This document shows positions 48,885 to 62,100 of a DNA stretch of 64,000 bases, piece by piece; the first letter of the stretch is position 1; the number at the start of each line of letters is the position of its first letter. The DNA comes from Schmidtea nova (lineage: Eukaryota), in NCBI GenBank assembly GCA_044892505.1, contig CM097882.1, positions 294,066,001-294,130,000 on the forward strand, written 5' to 3'. Made by a program: the position numbers and the translations under genes. The notes below the pieces were generated by a model. It was given only the letters and a program-made list of their open reading frames with translations, searched no databases and had not been told where the DNA came from.

Positions 48885-49534
48885 CATGGGTATTCAACTA
48901 AATATTATGAAGGACCAAATTTATCTTATAACGGCAATCGAGGGCCGTATCAATTAAAAAGTTGTTAGTTTTGTAGCGGATTACACTTTAACAAAATATA
49001 AACGTGTTTTAGTGATTGTTATTCTATTACCAAGTATTATAATGTTTACCATATATTTTTATATTATTATGTAATTTTCCAGACGCATTTTAAATTAATA
49101 ACTTTATTACCATTATTTCATTTATTTTTTTAAATTTTAACGCATTTTCCAAGGAATTTGAATGATCGCAGCCGCTTATACACATATTTAATTTATTAAA
49201 TATTAAATAAACCCCGTTTCCTATTCAAACTTACAAGAAACCTTTTTCTAATATTTTACTGTTTTTTGCAAGTTTTTTTATTGCAAAATTATCGCAATTT
49301 ACACGAATTCCCAATTTCTTCCTACCGTTAAAGCAATAAAAACACCATTTTGATCGGGTTTGAATCTAAATAGACAGCCTTTTCTATATGTCATACATAA
49401 AATACTTGATCGTTTTTATGCATATATCATCCAAATATTTTTATATATGTGTAATATTCGAAGATATTGAAAGGGCCATTTTCAAATTTCGGCGGGCCGG
49501 ATCTGGCCCGCGGGCCGCCAGTTGAATATCCCTG
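48885..49534. mobile_element. hAT (Charlie-like) MITE
   Basis: Ends CATGGGTATTCAACT and AGTTGAATATCCCTG; perfect 8-bp TSD TACTATAT (48877-84, 49535-42); subterminal GGCCCGCGGGCC. Confidence 0.9.
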
Positions 49535-51049
49535 TACTATATTATAGAATATTGTATGCTAAATCTTGCTACATAAATATATTTTAATAACTATTTTTAT
49601 TTGGACGCAAAAGTTAAATCTTTGAAAATCAATTATTTGAAAAATATTTACACGTAGCCTTGTAGAGTGTTTGATTCTGAGTTGAATCATATTTGATTAA
49701 GTTGAAAAATATTTCATCTACATGGAAAAAACTCAATGTGTACATAGTGAAAAATTATAAAATCCATTATTTTTAATAAAGATAAATGTCATCTTGTAGA
49801 TAATTTGATGGTTGTCTAAGCCTTAGACTCTAAGGTATAAAAAATAAATTGAAAAATAGGCTTGGTTGTTTGAAAAACTAAAACTAGTGAAATTCGATAT
49901 TTCCTGTTAATACTTTTGCATCAAGTTTGCGGCGCAAATATTTTAGAGTCAAGCAATGAATTGATGACTAAAATCTGTTAAGTAAATCATTTTCTTTTAC
50001 ACAACTATTGAAGAGATACAAAAATGTTGTCAGATTAAATATTCATCTTGAAAATCTCTATATATATATTGCACAAACAATTTTTCAAAAATCTCAAACA
50101 CTCGCACTGAAGTGCGATAAAACAAAACACAAAATTGAAAGTTTGGACTCTGCACCCAAAAATAAATATTCAAATTTAAAAAGTTTTCGCGTGAGTTTTT
50201 AAGCGTGCTATATATTATCGCTAGGGACGGGGCAGTTAGGGGGCGATAATTGGCAGTGAGTTAGAAAGCTCACATCTACCTACTGATGTTGAATAATCGA
50301 GTGTTTCATAATCAAAGTTTTACCGTGTATATTTTTTACTATTGATCTATTTTCATTTTCTTTATCTTCATTTTTTTCAGATTTTAGGTCGATATATTTT
50401 GTTTTATATTAAACCCAAATATAAAGGAAAATGTTGATTTATAATACGAAAAGATATGAAAAAAGTAATAATCAGAAAAAAATAATTAAATTGATCCCAG
50501 ATATTTAAAATAAATTTATTTTCTCTTAAATTTTAATGAACCTTTTTTTAAAAATTATAGAGATTATTATTACTAGTCAAAAATGACATAAGTTTTTTAA
50601 ATATCAATTAAAAACAATTTTTCTTCTTTTAATGTTTTAATTCATATTCAACAACTCCTAATGACAATAATAATATCGGATTCAGAGTCCAAACGATAAA
50701 TCTTTTATAATTCGTGTACCATCTTTCAGCGTTACTGACAGTTTGGATTTTTTAATTCAATATTATTTACTAAATTAATAAATAATTTAAAAAAAATTTA
50801 GATATTACTTATAATAATCAATAGAAAATCATTCAGCGTTACAGCGTCATTAATATANNNNNNNNNNNNNNNNNNNNNNNNNNNNNNNNNNNNNNNNNNN
50901 NNNNNNNNNNNNNNNNNNNNNNNNNNNNNNNNNNNNNNNNNNNNNNNNNNNNNNNNNNNNNNNNNNNNNNNNNNNNNNNNNNNNNNNNNNNNNNNNNNNN
51001 NNNNNNNNNNNNNNNNNNNNNNNNNNNNNNNNNNNNNNNNNNNNNNNNA

Positions 51050-53219
51050 TCCACCAAATCTTCAAGTTTAGCTGAAAAGCACAATCATCTTCAGGATCCA
51101 AATCGTAGAACATATCCAAATATGCCTGTCTTTTCGACTGAACTTGAAGACAAAATCAGATTTTTAGAAATTAAAGTCAAAACTTTAGTCAAAGAACAAA
51201 TTATCTTTCTTGAAAAACATTGCTCAACACAAAATTCTTTCACTTCAAACATAAATAAAATTAAGAATTCGAAAAGACTTCACAATTCTTCCATCAGATA
51301 AAACCAATCGACTAATTGCCCTTGACACAGAACAATACAATACTCTATTTGAAGAACATCTCTCGAACTATGAACGATAAACAAAATAATCTTACCTGCA
51401 TCGACTCAGATTTTATACAATAAGAAACTGTCAACACTTGAAAATAAACAAAGCAACCTTCAAATCAAAGATTTACTTTTAAAATGCAACTGAAATGAGC
51501 CCTTACCTAGTAATATGACTATGTTACCTAAAGACCACAAAAGTCCTTTAAAAGGCAGATCTCTTGTCCGCTGTTGACACTCCTTCCACAAAACATTCTA
51601 AAGTTCTTTCAGAAGTCCTAAAAACACTTTTGCCTTTGGTTCCTTGTCATTTTAAAAACACAACTGAATTCGTCTCCGAAATTACAAATACGACTATTCC
51701 GTTAAACGCAGAACAACAGTACTTCTGGGGATCTCTTGATGTTTCCAATCTTTACGGATCTATTTCTCTTCACGGAGACAATAATATTTTTGATATCGCA
51801 GCTTCTTTCTTTGAAACTCATAAAGCCAATACTGACCTCGCAGACTTAACTAAACAAGACTTTTTAGAACTTCTAAAATTAGCAATAAATTCAGGTACTG
51901 TCATAATTAAAGAAAAACCATTCAAACAAATTCATGGATTAGCCATGGGTAACAACCTTTCTCCCATCTTAGCCATCTTCTACATGAACTTTATAGAATC
52001 TAAGATCATATCTTTTTTGGGGACAAAATACTTTTCTGGAAACGATACATCGATGACATCTTCATAGTCTCCACAATCCCTCTCAATCAAATCCTATCAC
52101 ACACAAATTCTACTAACACCAACATACAATTCACTTTTGAAACACCGAACACAGAAGGTAAAATACCGTTTTTAGATACCATGGTAAGTTTCATAAAAGG
52201 CCAAGATACACTAAATGCAAACACCGAGCTATATTCTAAAAGTTTACATAGTGGTCATATCCTCCCATGGAAAAGCCACGTTCCACTTCAACGCAAAATC
52301 GCATTACTAATTGGAGAAAGAAAAAGAGCCATAAGAAACTGTTCAGGCGCAAACAAAATACAAGAAACATTAGAAAACTTCAAAATACGATTCCTCCAAA
52401 ATGGATACCCTGAAGAATTTGTAAAGAAATACTTCATTAACGAACCATACCACAATAAACGCAACAATAGGAAACGCCAGAAACACAATAACAATAACAA
52501 ACACACAACATATCTAAGATTACCTTTCCTAAATGACACTACAGCCAACAAAATGACCAACATTTTTAATCAAACAGATTTGCCTATCCACATCCGTCCA
52601 ACGTTCATAACTTCCGCACCGTTAAAATTACAACTCCGAAAGCCACCAATTTCCAACATCTCCAAACATAAATGTCTTTGCCGTTCCACAACCCGATGCT
52701 TTTGCTTTTCCAAAAATATAGTATATAAACTTTATTGTCAAAAAAGTGACGCTACTTACATAAGAGAAACACATAGAACTTTTCGCACCCAACTTAATGA
52801 ACACACTAAAAACAAAACCAGTAATTATTATGAACACTGGGAGAAAGTACATAAAACAACTCCATCTATAGAAGAAACAAAATGCCAGATTCTACAAGAG
52901 GGATTCAAAAATTCATTACAAAGATTAGCTTCCGAAACTTTTTACATAAAAAAATACAAACCGTCCATCAACATTCAATTCGCACAAAAAAATTAAAATA
53001 AATTTTAATCATCCAATAAAATCATTATAAAATATTAAAAAATAATTAAGGTTACTATTTAGGATTAAGTTAATATAACGATTGAAATACACACTTGATA
53101 AAGGCTGTGCCGAAATATTGTGTTATTGTTTATAAAAAATTTTGATCTATAGTCATCATTATGAGAATTATTGATAATTATAATAAAAAAAGATCAAAGG
53201 TGAAAAAAGATAATTATGA

Positions 53220-53230
<11 letters not shown>
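51050..53230 (+). mobile_element. Penelope-like retroelement: RT plus GIY-YIG endonuclease (frameshifted), 3' pLTR and (ATT)n tail; 5' end in a gap
   Basis: DKTNRLIALD; LPKDHK; SLDVSNLY; GLAMGNNLSP; RYIDDIF (shifted frame at ~52030); PFLD; NIVYKLYC...YIRET.RTF...EH. Confidence 0.93.
53086..53127 (+). ncRNA. Minimal type-I hammerhead ribozyme motif (U3-A8 variant), family A, in the PLE 3' pLTR
   Basis: AATA(C)ACAC-TTGATAA-A-GGC(TGT)GCC-GAAA-TAT-T-GTGTTATT; 8-bp stem I with one bulge; predicted cut after 53119. Confidence 0.8.
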
Positions 53231-53284
<54 letters not shown>

Positions 53285-54477
53285 TTATTTTATTATTATC
53301 ATTATTATTAGTGTTGTGCTGGTAGAATTGAGGTTCAATTTTTGTTTTAAAACGCAAAAATAAAATTAAAAGCACACGATAAAACATAAGAAAATTAAAC
53401 AGGAAAATAGCATGAAAAAATATAGGATATTAAAGCATAAATAATAGTCATACGAACCGCTCTTCATAAGTCGGTTGAATTAGGGCGAAAACAATATAAA
53501 AAGATGTATCTTAAAAGAGAGCACAAAATTTCAGTGACTACTCAAGAATTGAATGGGGAAGGTCATTGCTAGTAAAAAGCATGATCGAAAAATAAAATTA
53601 GTTACAAAATAAAGAGAATAATTTATTAAAAAATATAGAAAAATCCCCATTAAAATATCGTAAAAATACCATGTTATAAAAGTAGAATTGAAATAAAATT
53701 TGATTGCTTTAATCAATCAATTAACGCGCCTAAAATATGGATACACACATTATTTAATAGAAATAAAAATAAATATTTAGGAATAAATAAAATAAATTAT
53801 AAAATAAAATTTAAAGAAAATAAATAAATAATTATTTGGTAAAATAAATAAGTTGAATATTAAAATAAATAGATGAATTGAATTTTAAATGTTCTTGTTT
53901 TATTAAACAGAATGGGTAGGTGCCAAGCATAAATAATATAAATAGACACTAAAATTCATAATTTTAACACGCTTGAATATTTTTGAACACTGTAACACGT
54001 TAATTCACGATTTTCAATTCTGCCTGCCAGCATTGGTCAGTAATTTTTCTATTCAATTGTGTGGTACATCAATAACAAGTATGTTCTTATTTTATGCATT
54101 CTTTTAAAACTTTTCGTAACTATTATGCTTTATTTTGTAACTGTATGTTATATAATTTGTAATGTTATATAAATTTGTTTAGTTTTGTCTTGTTCAATTG
54201 ATGTGTCCCGATTAAACTGATTTTAATAGAGGCTTTGTTGGCTCACCAGTCTCGAGTCTCCGATGGTTAAAAACTGTTTAAAAAGAATAATTGGTTCCTC
54301 CGGACAATAGTCTCATTAAACTATATAGGATAGCCAGGGAAAAGTAAAATTTAAGAGTGTTGTAAAAAATCTTTGAGAAAAATAAGTGTAGAGGTTTAGA
54401 TAAGATAGCGAAAGGATATAGGAAGTTAAGAATTTTTAAATTTTAAAGACCTTTGAAAATAGATAGTAGTTAGATCA

Positions 54478-54494
54478 GTGGATTCTCGCCACCA
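54478..54494 (-). other. Possible PBS (TGGTGGCGAGAATCCAC) directly after a CA end; probable LTR-element junction
   Basis: Minus strand ...TGAACA|TGGTGGCG; no associated ORF found. Confidence 0.35.
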
Positions 54495-55845
54495 TGTTCA
54501 TTACCAACAGTTTGCCAAGGAGTGAATATGAGTACATGGGTGAGGTACATAATATTTATGATTGGTTATGGGTTGTATTAATCCCTAGAGTCAATAATAA
54601 ATTTTGTAACAAAACCCATACGTCCCAGCATTAGTATTACTGGTTTATCATGGCTTTAATTGTGAGCTTCGTTTACTTTGTTCTTTTTTATAAAGGTGAC
54701 TGTGGGCCTCATGGTTTTTTTTATTATTAAAAATATTAAAAAATAATAAAAAAATAAAAAATAGGAAAACTGTTTGGACAAATCATACTATTATGAAAAG
54801 TCCGCTATTTATTTGTTTTTAATTGAAAAAGTAAGAGAGTCATTTAATTTGTTTCTCACAAATGATTTACAGAAATCTCCCCTTCACGCAATGAATTTTG
54901 AATTTAAGACATTTTATTAAACAATTCCTTTTTAGTCTACAAATGTGAAAATCTGCCTGATTTAAGAACGGAAAAAGAAAGAAAAAGTAAAATTTACTGA
55001 TGTATTTTATTATTCACTTATCAAAATTAGAAAATAAAAAATCATCTTGGCAGGTTATTTTCCCAGACGCAAAAGAATCTTTAGCAAGCAATCTAGAAGA
55101 GGGTTCAACCGAAGTGTGTTGGATGGTTGAAAGTTTCTTGTTACTTTTATTTTCTTTCATAAACTTAAGTTAAATTAAATATCCTTAGGACTATTAAGAA
55201 TTCGTCTAATTCATTTTCAATGTCAGTTATTGATGACAAATCCCGTAAAGCTGGCATGGTATCTATAAGTTTAAATGACATTCTCATTGGAGACAAAGAA
55301 ATCCTCAAACCTGGTAGAAAACATGAAGGAGCTCGAGAGGCTTATAGAAATATGCAGCCTATTCAAACCGCTAAATTAAATTCCAAAAACATTATTATTA
55401 GTTTTTGGATGTGGGCTATAGCATTTCGAGAACCGAAGAAAGAAAGTTCAAATTTAGCAAAATTGAAAACCTTTTCAAAGTTTGTTATTAAAGAATAATT
55501 AAATAAATGTAAAAAGAGAAGGACTATAGCTGCACTCACCTTTTTCAGCTAGATTGATGAAATAAGTATAAAAAGAAATCAAAATGTTGGGCTATTTGTT
55601 TTAAGTCGGTTTATTACCTGACTCATCGTGCTCCTATAATTGAGAAATCACCAAAGCCAAACACAACAAATTTTATTGATCACAATGACAATCTACTGTT
55701 GTTTTGCTATTCTATTATAGTAATTTTATTGCGTCAACATATCAATAAAATTTCCAGAATAGGGACATAATGTAATTATTTTTTATAATTGAATTTTCAC
55801 AGAATTGAGATGATTGTTGTTTCTTATAATTTAATCATTTCAGCC

Positions 55846-57727
55846 TGTGACTCCGATAATTTGATTTTTTTCCTTTTGTTTCAGTTTTCCATTTGTTCGG
55901 GTTTCCCATTGACTCAGGTTTCCTACATAACTAATAAATTATTCATTAATTTTTAATTAATATCTATTTATTGAATATCTTTTTCTTGGGACCCCCATTG
56001 ATATTTTATTACTATATTCGAACTCGTCTCTCCATTTGCTGTCCCTACATACCAATTTCCCTAGAGGGTATCTTTTCCCGGATATTTTTTACCCGGGAAA
56101 CGGGAAATATAAAACTCTTTTCCTGGGAATCTCGGGAAGTTTTATAATAAATAAAAAAACTAAATGTAATTTAATAAAATAGAAAAGAATATAAATCAAC
56201 AAAAAATTAAATTCAAATTGTATAGAATATGAAACCTGACAAATTTAGTTATTTTCATTAGATATTTCAATTATTTTTCATGTTTATTTAAAAAATAACT
56301 TTTAAAGAATGAAAGTGAGTTAAGAGAGGAGTCACTCAATGATGATCTTCTCTTTCTACAAAAATGTTATGAAGTGGCTAAAACTCTTTTGCTTTCAAAG
56401 GAAGTGAGTCGAATAGCGTCCAATAACCTCTACAGATTTCTTGTAATGCCACCTGTACTTTCATATATTTGAAACTCTTTTTGAAGACTTTGTTGGATTC
56501 ACTGATGTATTAGTTTCTACCTTTTTAAGTGAAGCACTTATAGCCTCGGTCAATTTATCTTTTATAGTAGCAGCTTACAAGATATTCTTAGACGAAGTAT
56601 CATCTGTTTCAACTGTCAAGCCAATTTCCCCGCATTCAACAGATTCGACCTCTTTCTCGAATAATTTAATGTATTAATTGTTAGCGTAACGAATGCTTGC
56701 TATCTTTGATGAAGAAGGGAAATCTTCTGTTGGGGTAGATTACCGGTTTAATTTCATCTACTTCATATTCTTCATATCGTTGAACCACACCATTATTTTC
56801 TTCATCATCAGATTCATCAATATTAGAATCAGCATTATTTGAGCAAGATGCATATTCTCTTTCTTCAATATTATTCATTTACATTACATCTACCACAGCT
56901 AAATGTATGCCATGGTTGTAGCATAATTGGTGAATGTATCCAGATTATCCTCCAAACATTACCATAACATGCAGAAAGAAAACTTCATAAAATAGGATTA
57001 TAACAGATTTTTCTATAAAAATTGTCGTTACCGAAAGATGGGTCTAAATCAAAAATGGATTAATTAATTTTTAATTAATCAATAAATGATTTAATTAATA
57101 AACAAATGATTGATTAATTAATTTAAGATTTATAAACGAAAAACTGAATAAATACGCATGTTACCCAATAATTTTAATAACACTAAAAAGTTTAATAAAA
57201 GTCGCGCACATAACTCTACATGACAAGACAATATATTATTTAAAATTGATTCTCACACGTGGAAACAATTCATTGCTAATTAATGTACATAAATGCATTT
57301 TTTTGCTTCGCGATCAAATGGGGACAGTAGTGCAATTTCGGGGATTTCCTTTATAAGTGTAGCTATATGTTTGATACATAACTCGTTAAATAATAAAACT
57401 AATTAGGTTGAATAACAATTGTAGCAAATTCTTTGTAAAATATTTCCACTTATTTTTATTTTCTTCCCGGGAAATTTTTCTATATTCCCAAGAAACGGGA
57501 ACTAAAGAATTTTAAAAATTCCCCGGAATTTTCTGTCGGTAATTCCCGGGAACCACCCTCTAAATTTCCATCAAGATATGTAAATTTTTAACTTTTTTAA
57601 TTTTTAATTAATTTTTCTTAATTTTTAATTAGCTTTTGACGTTATTTATCAGTTGTAAATTTAACATTTTTCAGCCTTTCTATTAATTTGTCCCCAATCT
57701 CCGTCACCCTTTCGTTTCACGTTACAC
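55846..57727 (-). repeat. LTR fragment (same family as 6250-6660) split by a hAT insertion
   Basis: 55880-56061 matches 6330-6560; similarity resumes at 57563; minus-strand start TGTAACG. Confidence 0.65.
56062..57562 (-). mobile_element. Internally deleted hAT transposon
   Basis: TAGAGGGT...ACCCTCTA termini; 8-bp TSD AATTTCCC/AATTTCCA; subterminal CCCGGGAA repeats; remnants LCYNHGIHLAVVDV and KEFQIYESTG...TSFES...KRRSSLSD.SL. Confidence 0.9.
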
Positions 57728-59139
57728 TACTTTATACGAACCTCAAAAAATGCTGCAGAATTAACATGATAGTTACATGAGACAAAAAGCTGTTGGGAAA
57801 GGAGTTGAATAGAAATTAATGACACATAAGTTGTAAGGTAAAATAAAATGATGTTGGTCGCCATATTCAAGGAAAAGGTCAGGTAGAAATTCATAAGTTT
57901 AACATTATTTATGAATGAAATATTTACATGTAATCGTTCTACAGGAGGTGAACATTTTGGAAATAAAACGATCACTATGAAATGGTCAAAAATCCTTTGA
58001 AAAAAATAAAATTAAATAAAAAGTAATCAAAAGCCGCAAAGAAAAAATACAATGAATGCATTGAATAATGAAATACATCGCATCGTTCTTAAATAGTTTA
58101 TTAAAAATCAGACAATAATTGAGGCACCTTTGTATACTTCAACGAGAAATTACAAAAAGAAAACCCTTGGACAAAAGATTCTGAAAATTATTTTCAAATA
58201 TTGAAAAATAAACTTAGCATAAATATTGGATTTCAAAAAAAGAGGAAACATGATCTTCATATTGGAGGTGATTTTTGAATCTTTCCGGTTAGGTCTAAGT
58301 CAGCAAAANNNNNNNNNNNNNNNNNNNNNNNNNNNNNNNNNNNNNNNNNNNNNNNNNNNNNNNNNNNNNNNNNNNNNNNNNNNNNNNNNNNNNNNNNNNN
58401 NNNNNNNNNNNNNNNNNNNNNNNNNNNNNNNNNNNNNNNNNNNNNNNNNNNNNNNNNNNNNNNNNNNNNNNNNNNNNNNNNACGTTTTTTTAAAAATAGA
58501 AGAATGCTAGCTATTTACATCAAGCCAAATATCCCAGAAACCTCCCCGACTTTTTTGATGATCCCTAGTATATTGATTCATATAGTTATTTCGTAACAGA
58601 TTTATAATAAAATAACATTTAATAAAATAAAATAAAAATTAATTTATATTGTCCTATAGGTAGAAAAAAGTATTGTAAATAAATAAATAAAAAGTTAATT
58701 GTAAATAAAAATGTTAAATCAAGAATGATGAGTTTGGAATTTAATATTATTTTCAACAAAAAAGAAGAAAAAATAAAATTCCCAGTTTTGTTTAGGAAAA
58801 AATAACTGTAAAGATAAAAATATGTACAAAATTTTAGAAGTTATAATATAAGAAAACAAAATTATTTTCTAAGATTTTACTCTTATAATAAATCATATTA
58901 TTTGAGTATGGGGGTATCCTAATGAAAATAGTTCCCCATAAAAGTGAAAAATCATTACTAACAAGAAAAAAAATTGCTCAACAACAAACTTTAAAAATTA
59001 GTGATGGGTAATAATAATGCGTTATTAAAAAATTCTTATTAATAATAAATATTTATTTTCAATACCAATTTAATGGATTATCAAAACAATAAAATTTCAA
59101 AAAATAAGAAAAAGGAAGAAGCGAGGATGTATTGCAAAC

Positions 59140-62100
59140 TGTAATCTTTTTCGGAGTTCGGCATAATATATAAAAAATAAGTCAATATTCGAATTTGTGA
59201 TTCTTTATTTTTACCACATATTAAAACAAAGTTTTTTTAATGATATCATTATTAAAAATACCTATGATATTTATAATAATTATTTAATTGATTTGGCTAC
59301 ATAGCCTTCCGCCGAGGTCATGGAGTGACCTATTAGATTTTTGAAGATGGGCTGCTTTGAGTTTGTCTACCGATACTCGTAAGGTTCTCGTTGGCAATTG
59401 AATTTCAAATGTTTTAAAGTCTGAGCTTCGTTTTACTACCTTGTATGGTCCGTCATATACAGACTTGAGGGCGGTTCTTGATTCGGCTTTGAGCCACACG
59501 TGAGTAGATTCCTTCAGCTCGCTTGGTAGGAATGGTTTCCAATTTTGATTTCTTTTCCTTCTGACTATAATATCACCAGGTAGTCGTCCATCAGTTCCAA
59601 AAACACTTTGACTTGGTGATACATTTGTTTCTTCGGAGATGACATTGCAAAGTCCAAGTAGAATTACCGGAAGTTCATTTGCCCACCTTCTAGGATCATC
59701 ATCTGATTGTGACCTTATTGCTGCTTTGAGAGTTCTATGAAACCTTTCAACTTTACTGTTGCATTGAGGATGATATAGTGCGATGTGTCCGTTATCTGTA
59801 TTAAATCTTTGACACATCTCTCTGAATGTAGCCGAGATAAACTGCTTGCTTTTGTTGATTATGATGATTTTTGGAGCTCCATGGCAGCATATCCACTCGG
59901 TCTCCAAGGTTCGGGATGGCCTCCGGCCAAGAAGTATATCTGTCAATAGTAGTAAGAATAAATCTTTTGTTGTTTACCTATGGTAGAGGACCAACAATGT
60001 CCACGTCAATAACTTTGAATTTTCCTAGATTTGGGAGTATTTTGAGTGCTGACTTGGTGTGCTTGGTTATCTTGTTTTTCTGACATTTCTCACAGTTTTT
60101 GCACCATCTTCAGATTTGTGCCCGCATTCGTGGCCATACGTATTTAGACGATATTAGTTTAATCGTAGTGTTTGCTCCCGGGTGGCATATATTGTGTAGC
60201 CGCTTGAATTCAATGAGTTGATGGGTTTCTGGCAGGACTATTCGTTGTGATCCTGTTGACATGTTCACAAACATTCCATCTTCATTCTTTTGAATTTCGA
60301 ACGAGGGAAAAGCTTCTAACATTTTTAAGAATGATGGCTTCTCTGTTGTTGGATGATTTCAGTTTTTGTTATCTGTAGTGAGTGAATATTTGATTCTTCA
60401 TTGGCGTTGTTACTGGCACCCATTTGCCCGGATAGGAATTCTGCAACCAAATTACCTTTGCCCCATATGTGGTGGATCTTTACATCGAATTCATTTATGA
60501 ACTGGATTTATCGCCATTGTCGATTTGATGGCTCTTTCAAATTGTTTAGGTAAATCAGTGGTTTATGGTCGGTAAGCAATTCAAAGCTGTTGCCCTCCAG
60601 GTGGTGTTTGAAGTTTTTGATGGTCAGGTAAACTGCTAGCAGTTCTCTGTCAAATGTTGAATACTTGCGTTCCGTACTGTTGAGTTTTCTTGAAAAGAAT
60701 CTGATGGGTGTGAGTTTACCATCGCTATTTCTATGATTGAGAATTGAACCAATGCCGATATCCGACGCGTCCGTACATAGAATGAAAGTTTGCTTTGAAT
60801 TTGGGAGTGTCAACTCATAAATTTCTTGCAGTTTCTTTTTTGCCGCCTCGAAGGAGAGAGTATATTGTTCCGTCCACAAGAACTTGCGATTGTCTTTGAT
60901 GATAACTGAAACTAAGTAATGTAGTGGAGCAATTACTTCTACCAGGTTTGGAGTTAGCCAGTGATGAAAAGTTACTGCTCCTATGAATCTTCGGAGTGAT
61001 TTTTGGTCATTTGGACGTGGACATGATGAAATTGCTTGAATCTTGTCTGATTGTGGTGATATTCTTGAACCTGAAATTTTAAATCCAAGGAATTTTACTT
61101 CTGTTTGAATAGTGCAACACTTATTCTCATTTATGAACAAATTTGCGCCTTCCACGACTTTCCGAATGACTGATAAGTGATTAAGATGTTCTTCTCTAGA
61201 CTTGAAGAAGATGATGATATCATTTGTTATGAAGGGATACCCCTTTTTTATTTTTGTTATTTTTGTTATTATTATTATTTTTGATTTTTAATTCGGTTAA
61301 ATACCAAATAAATTCCTATAGTTAAATAATTACTATAGGAATTTAAAAATAAATAATCAATCACAAAATATATAAATCTATTATCCAAGGTTTGAAAAAA
61401 ATGAAAAGAAGATTCTAGAAGATCCTATATTTTAAAGATTCTAGTAAATAACAAATCAAAAAATTTCGAACTTAAATTAAAAAAAATAACTATAGAAAAG
61501 GTTGGAATAACTTACAGAAGAATCAACCTAAAAAAACATCTGAAATTAAAGTTAAAAAAAGAATTTTATGCATAATCCTAATATACGTGAGTAGAGGTTC
61601 ATTTGTGATTTTTTTAACTGTTGGTTAGAATAAAAGTATTTGTACTAATTTTTCTATTTGTTATTTGTAAATATTATAATTACACACACAAATAAAACAC
61701 AACAAGCACCCCAGGTGTCCCGATACACTTTTACTGGTAACTGGGCTGGGCTCAACAGACTTCCTGATAAACATAATACAATATAAAATTATAATTATAC
61801 ATAACAATTGGTAATTTAGCATAGCATACCTCTGCATAAATATCCTGTCCATACCAGTATAAACAAAAATAACAACTGTTTATAATAAATTATAAAAAGC
61901 ATTACCTATCATAATATCATCTATATATGCTCTAACAAATTCTCTGTACGGGCGTCAAAGTTTGTCCATGAAACGTTGAAAGGTCTGCAATGCCATTTTT
62001 AATCCAAATGGCATTTTTAGATATTCATATAACCCAAATGGCGTGATTATAGCCGTTTTTGGTATATCATTTACTGAGATGGGGATTTGATGATAGGCTT

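Larger units (their letters stand above)
45001..49992. mobile_element. Foldback-like element with ~400-bp inverted arms (45001-45393 and 49587-49992); contains a mariner and a hAT MITE
   Basis: Long inverted match, roughly 85-90% by eye; outer ends and TSD not resolved. Confidence 0.7.

Noticed and set aside
55040-55498. Possible two-exon host gene fragment
   Set aside because: Candidate splice sites give incompatible phases; no recognisable motif
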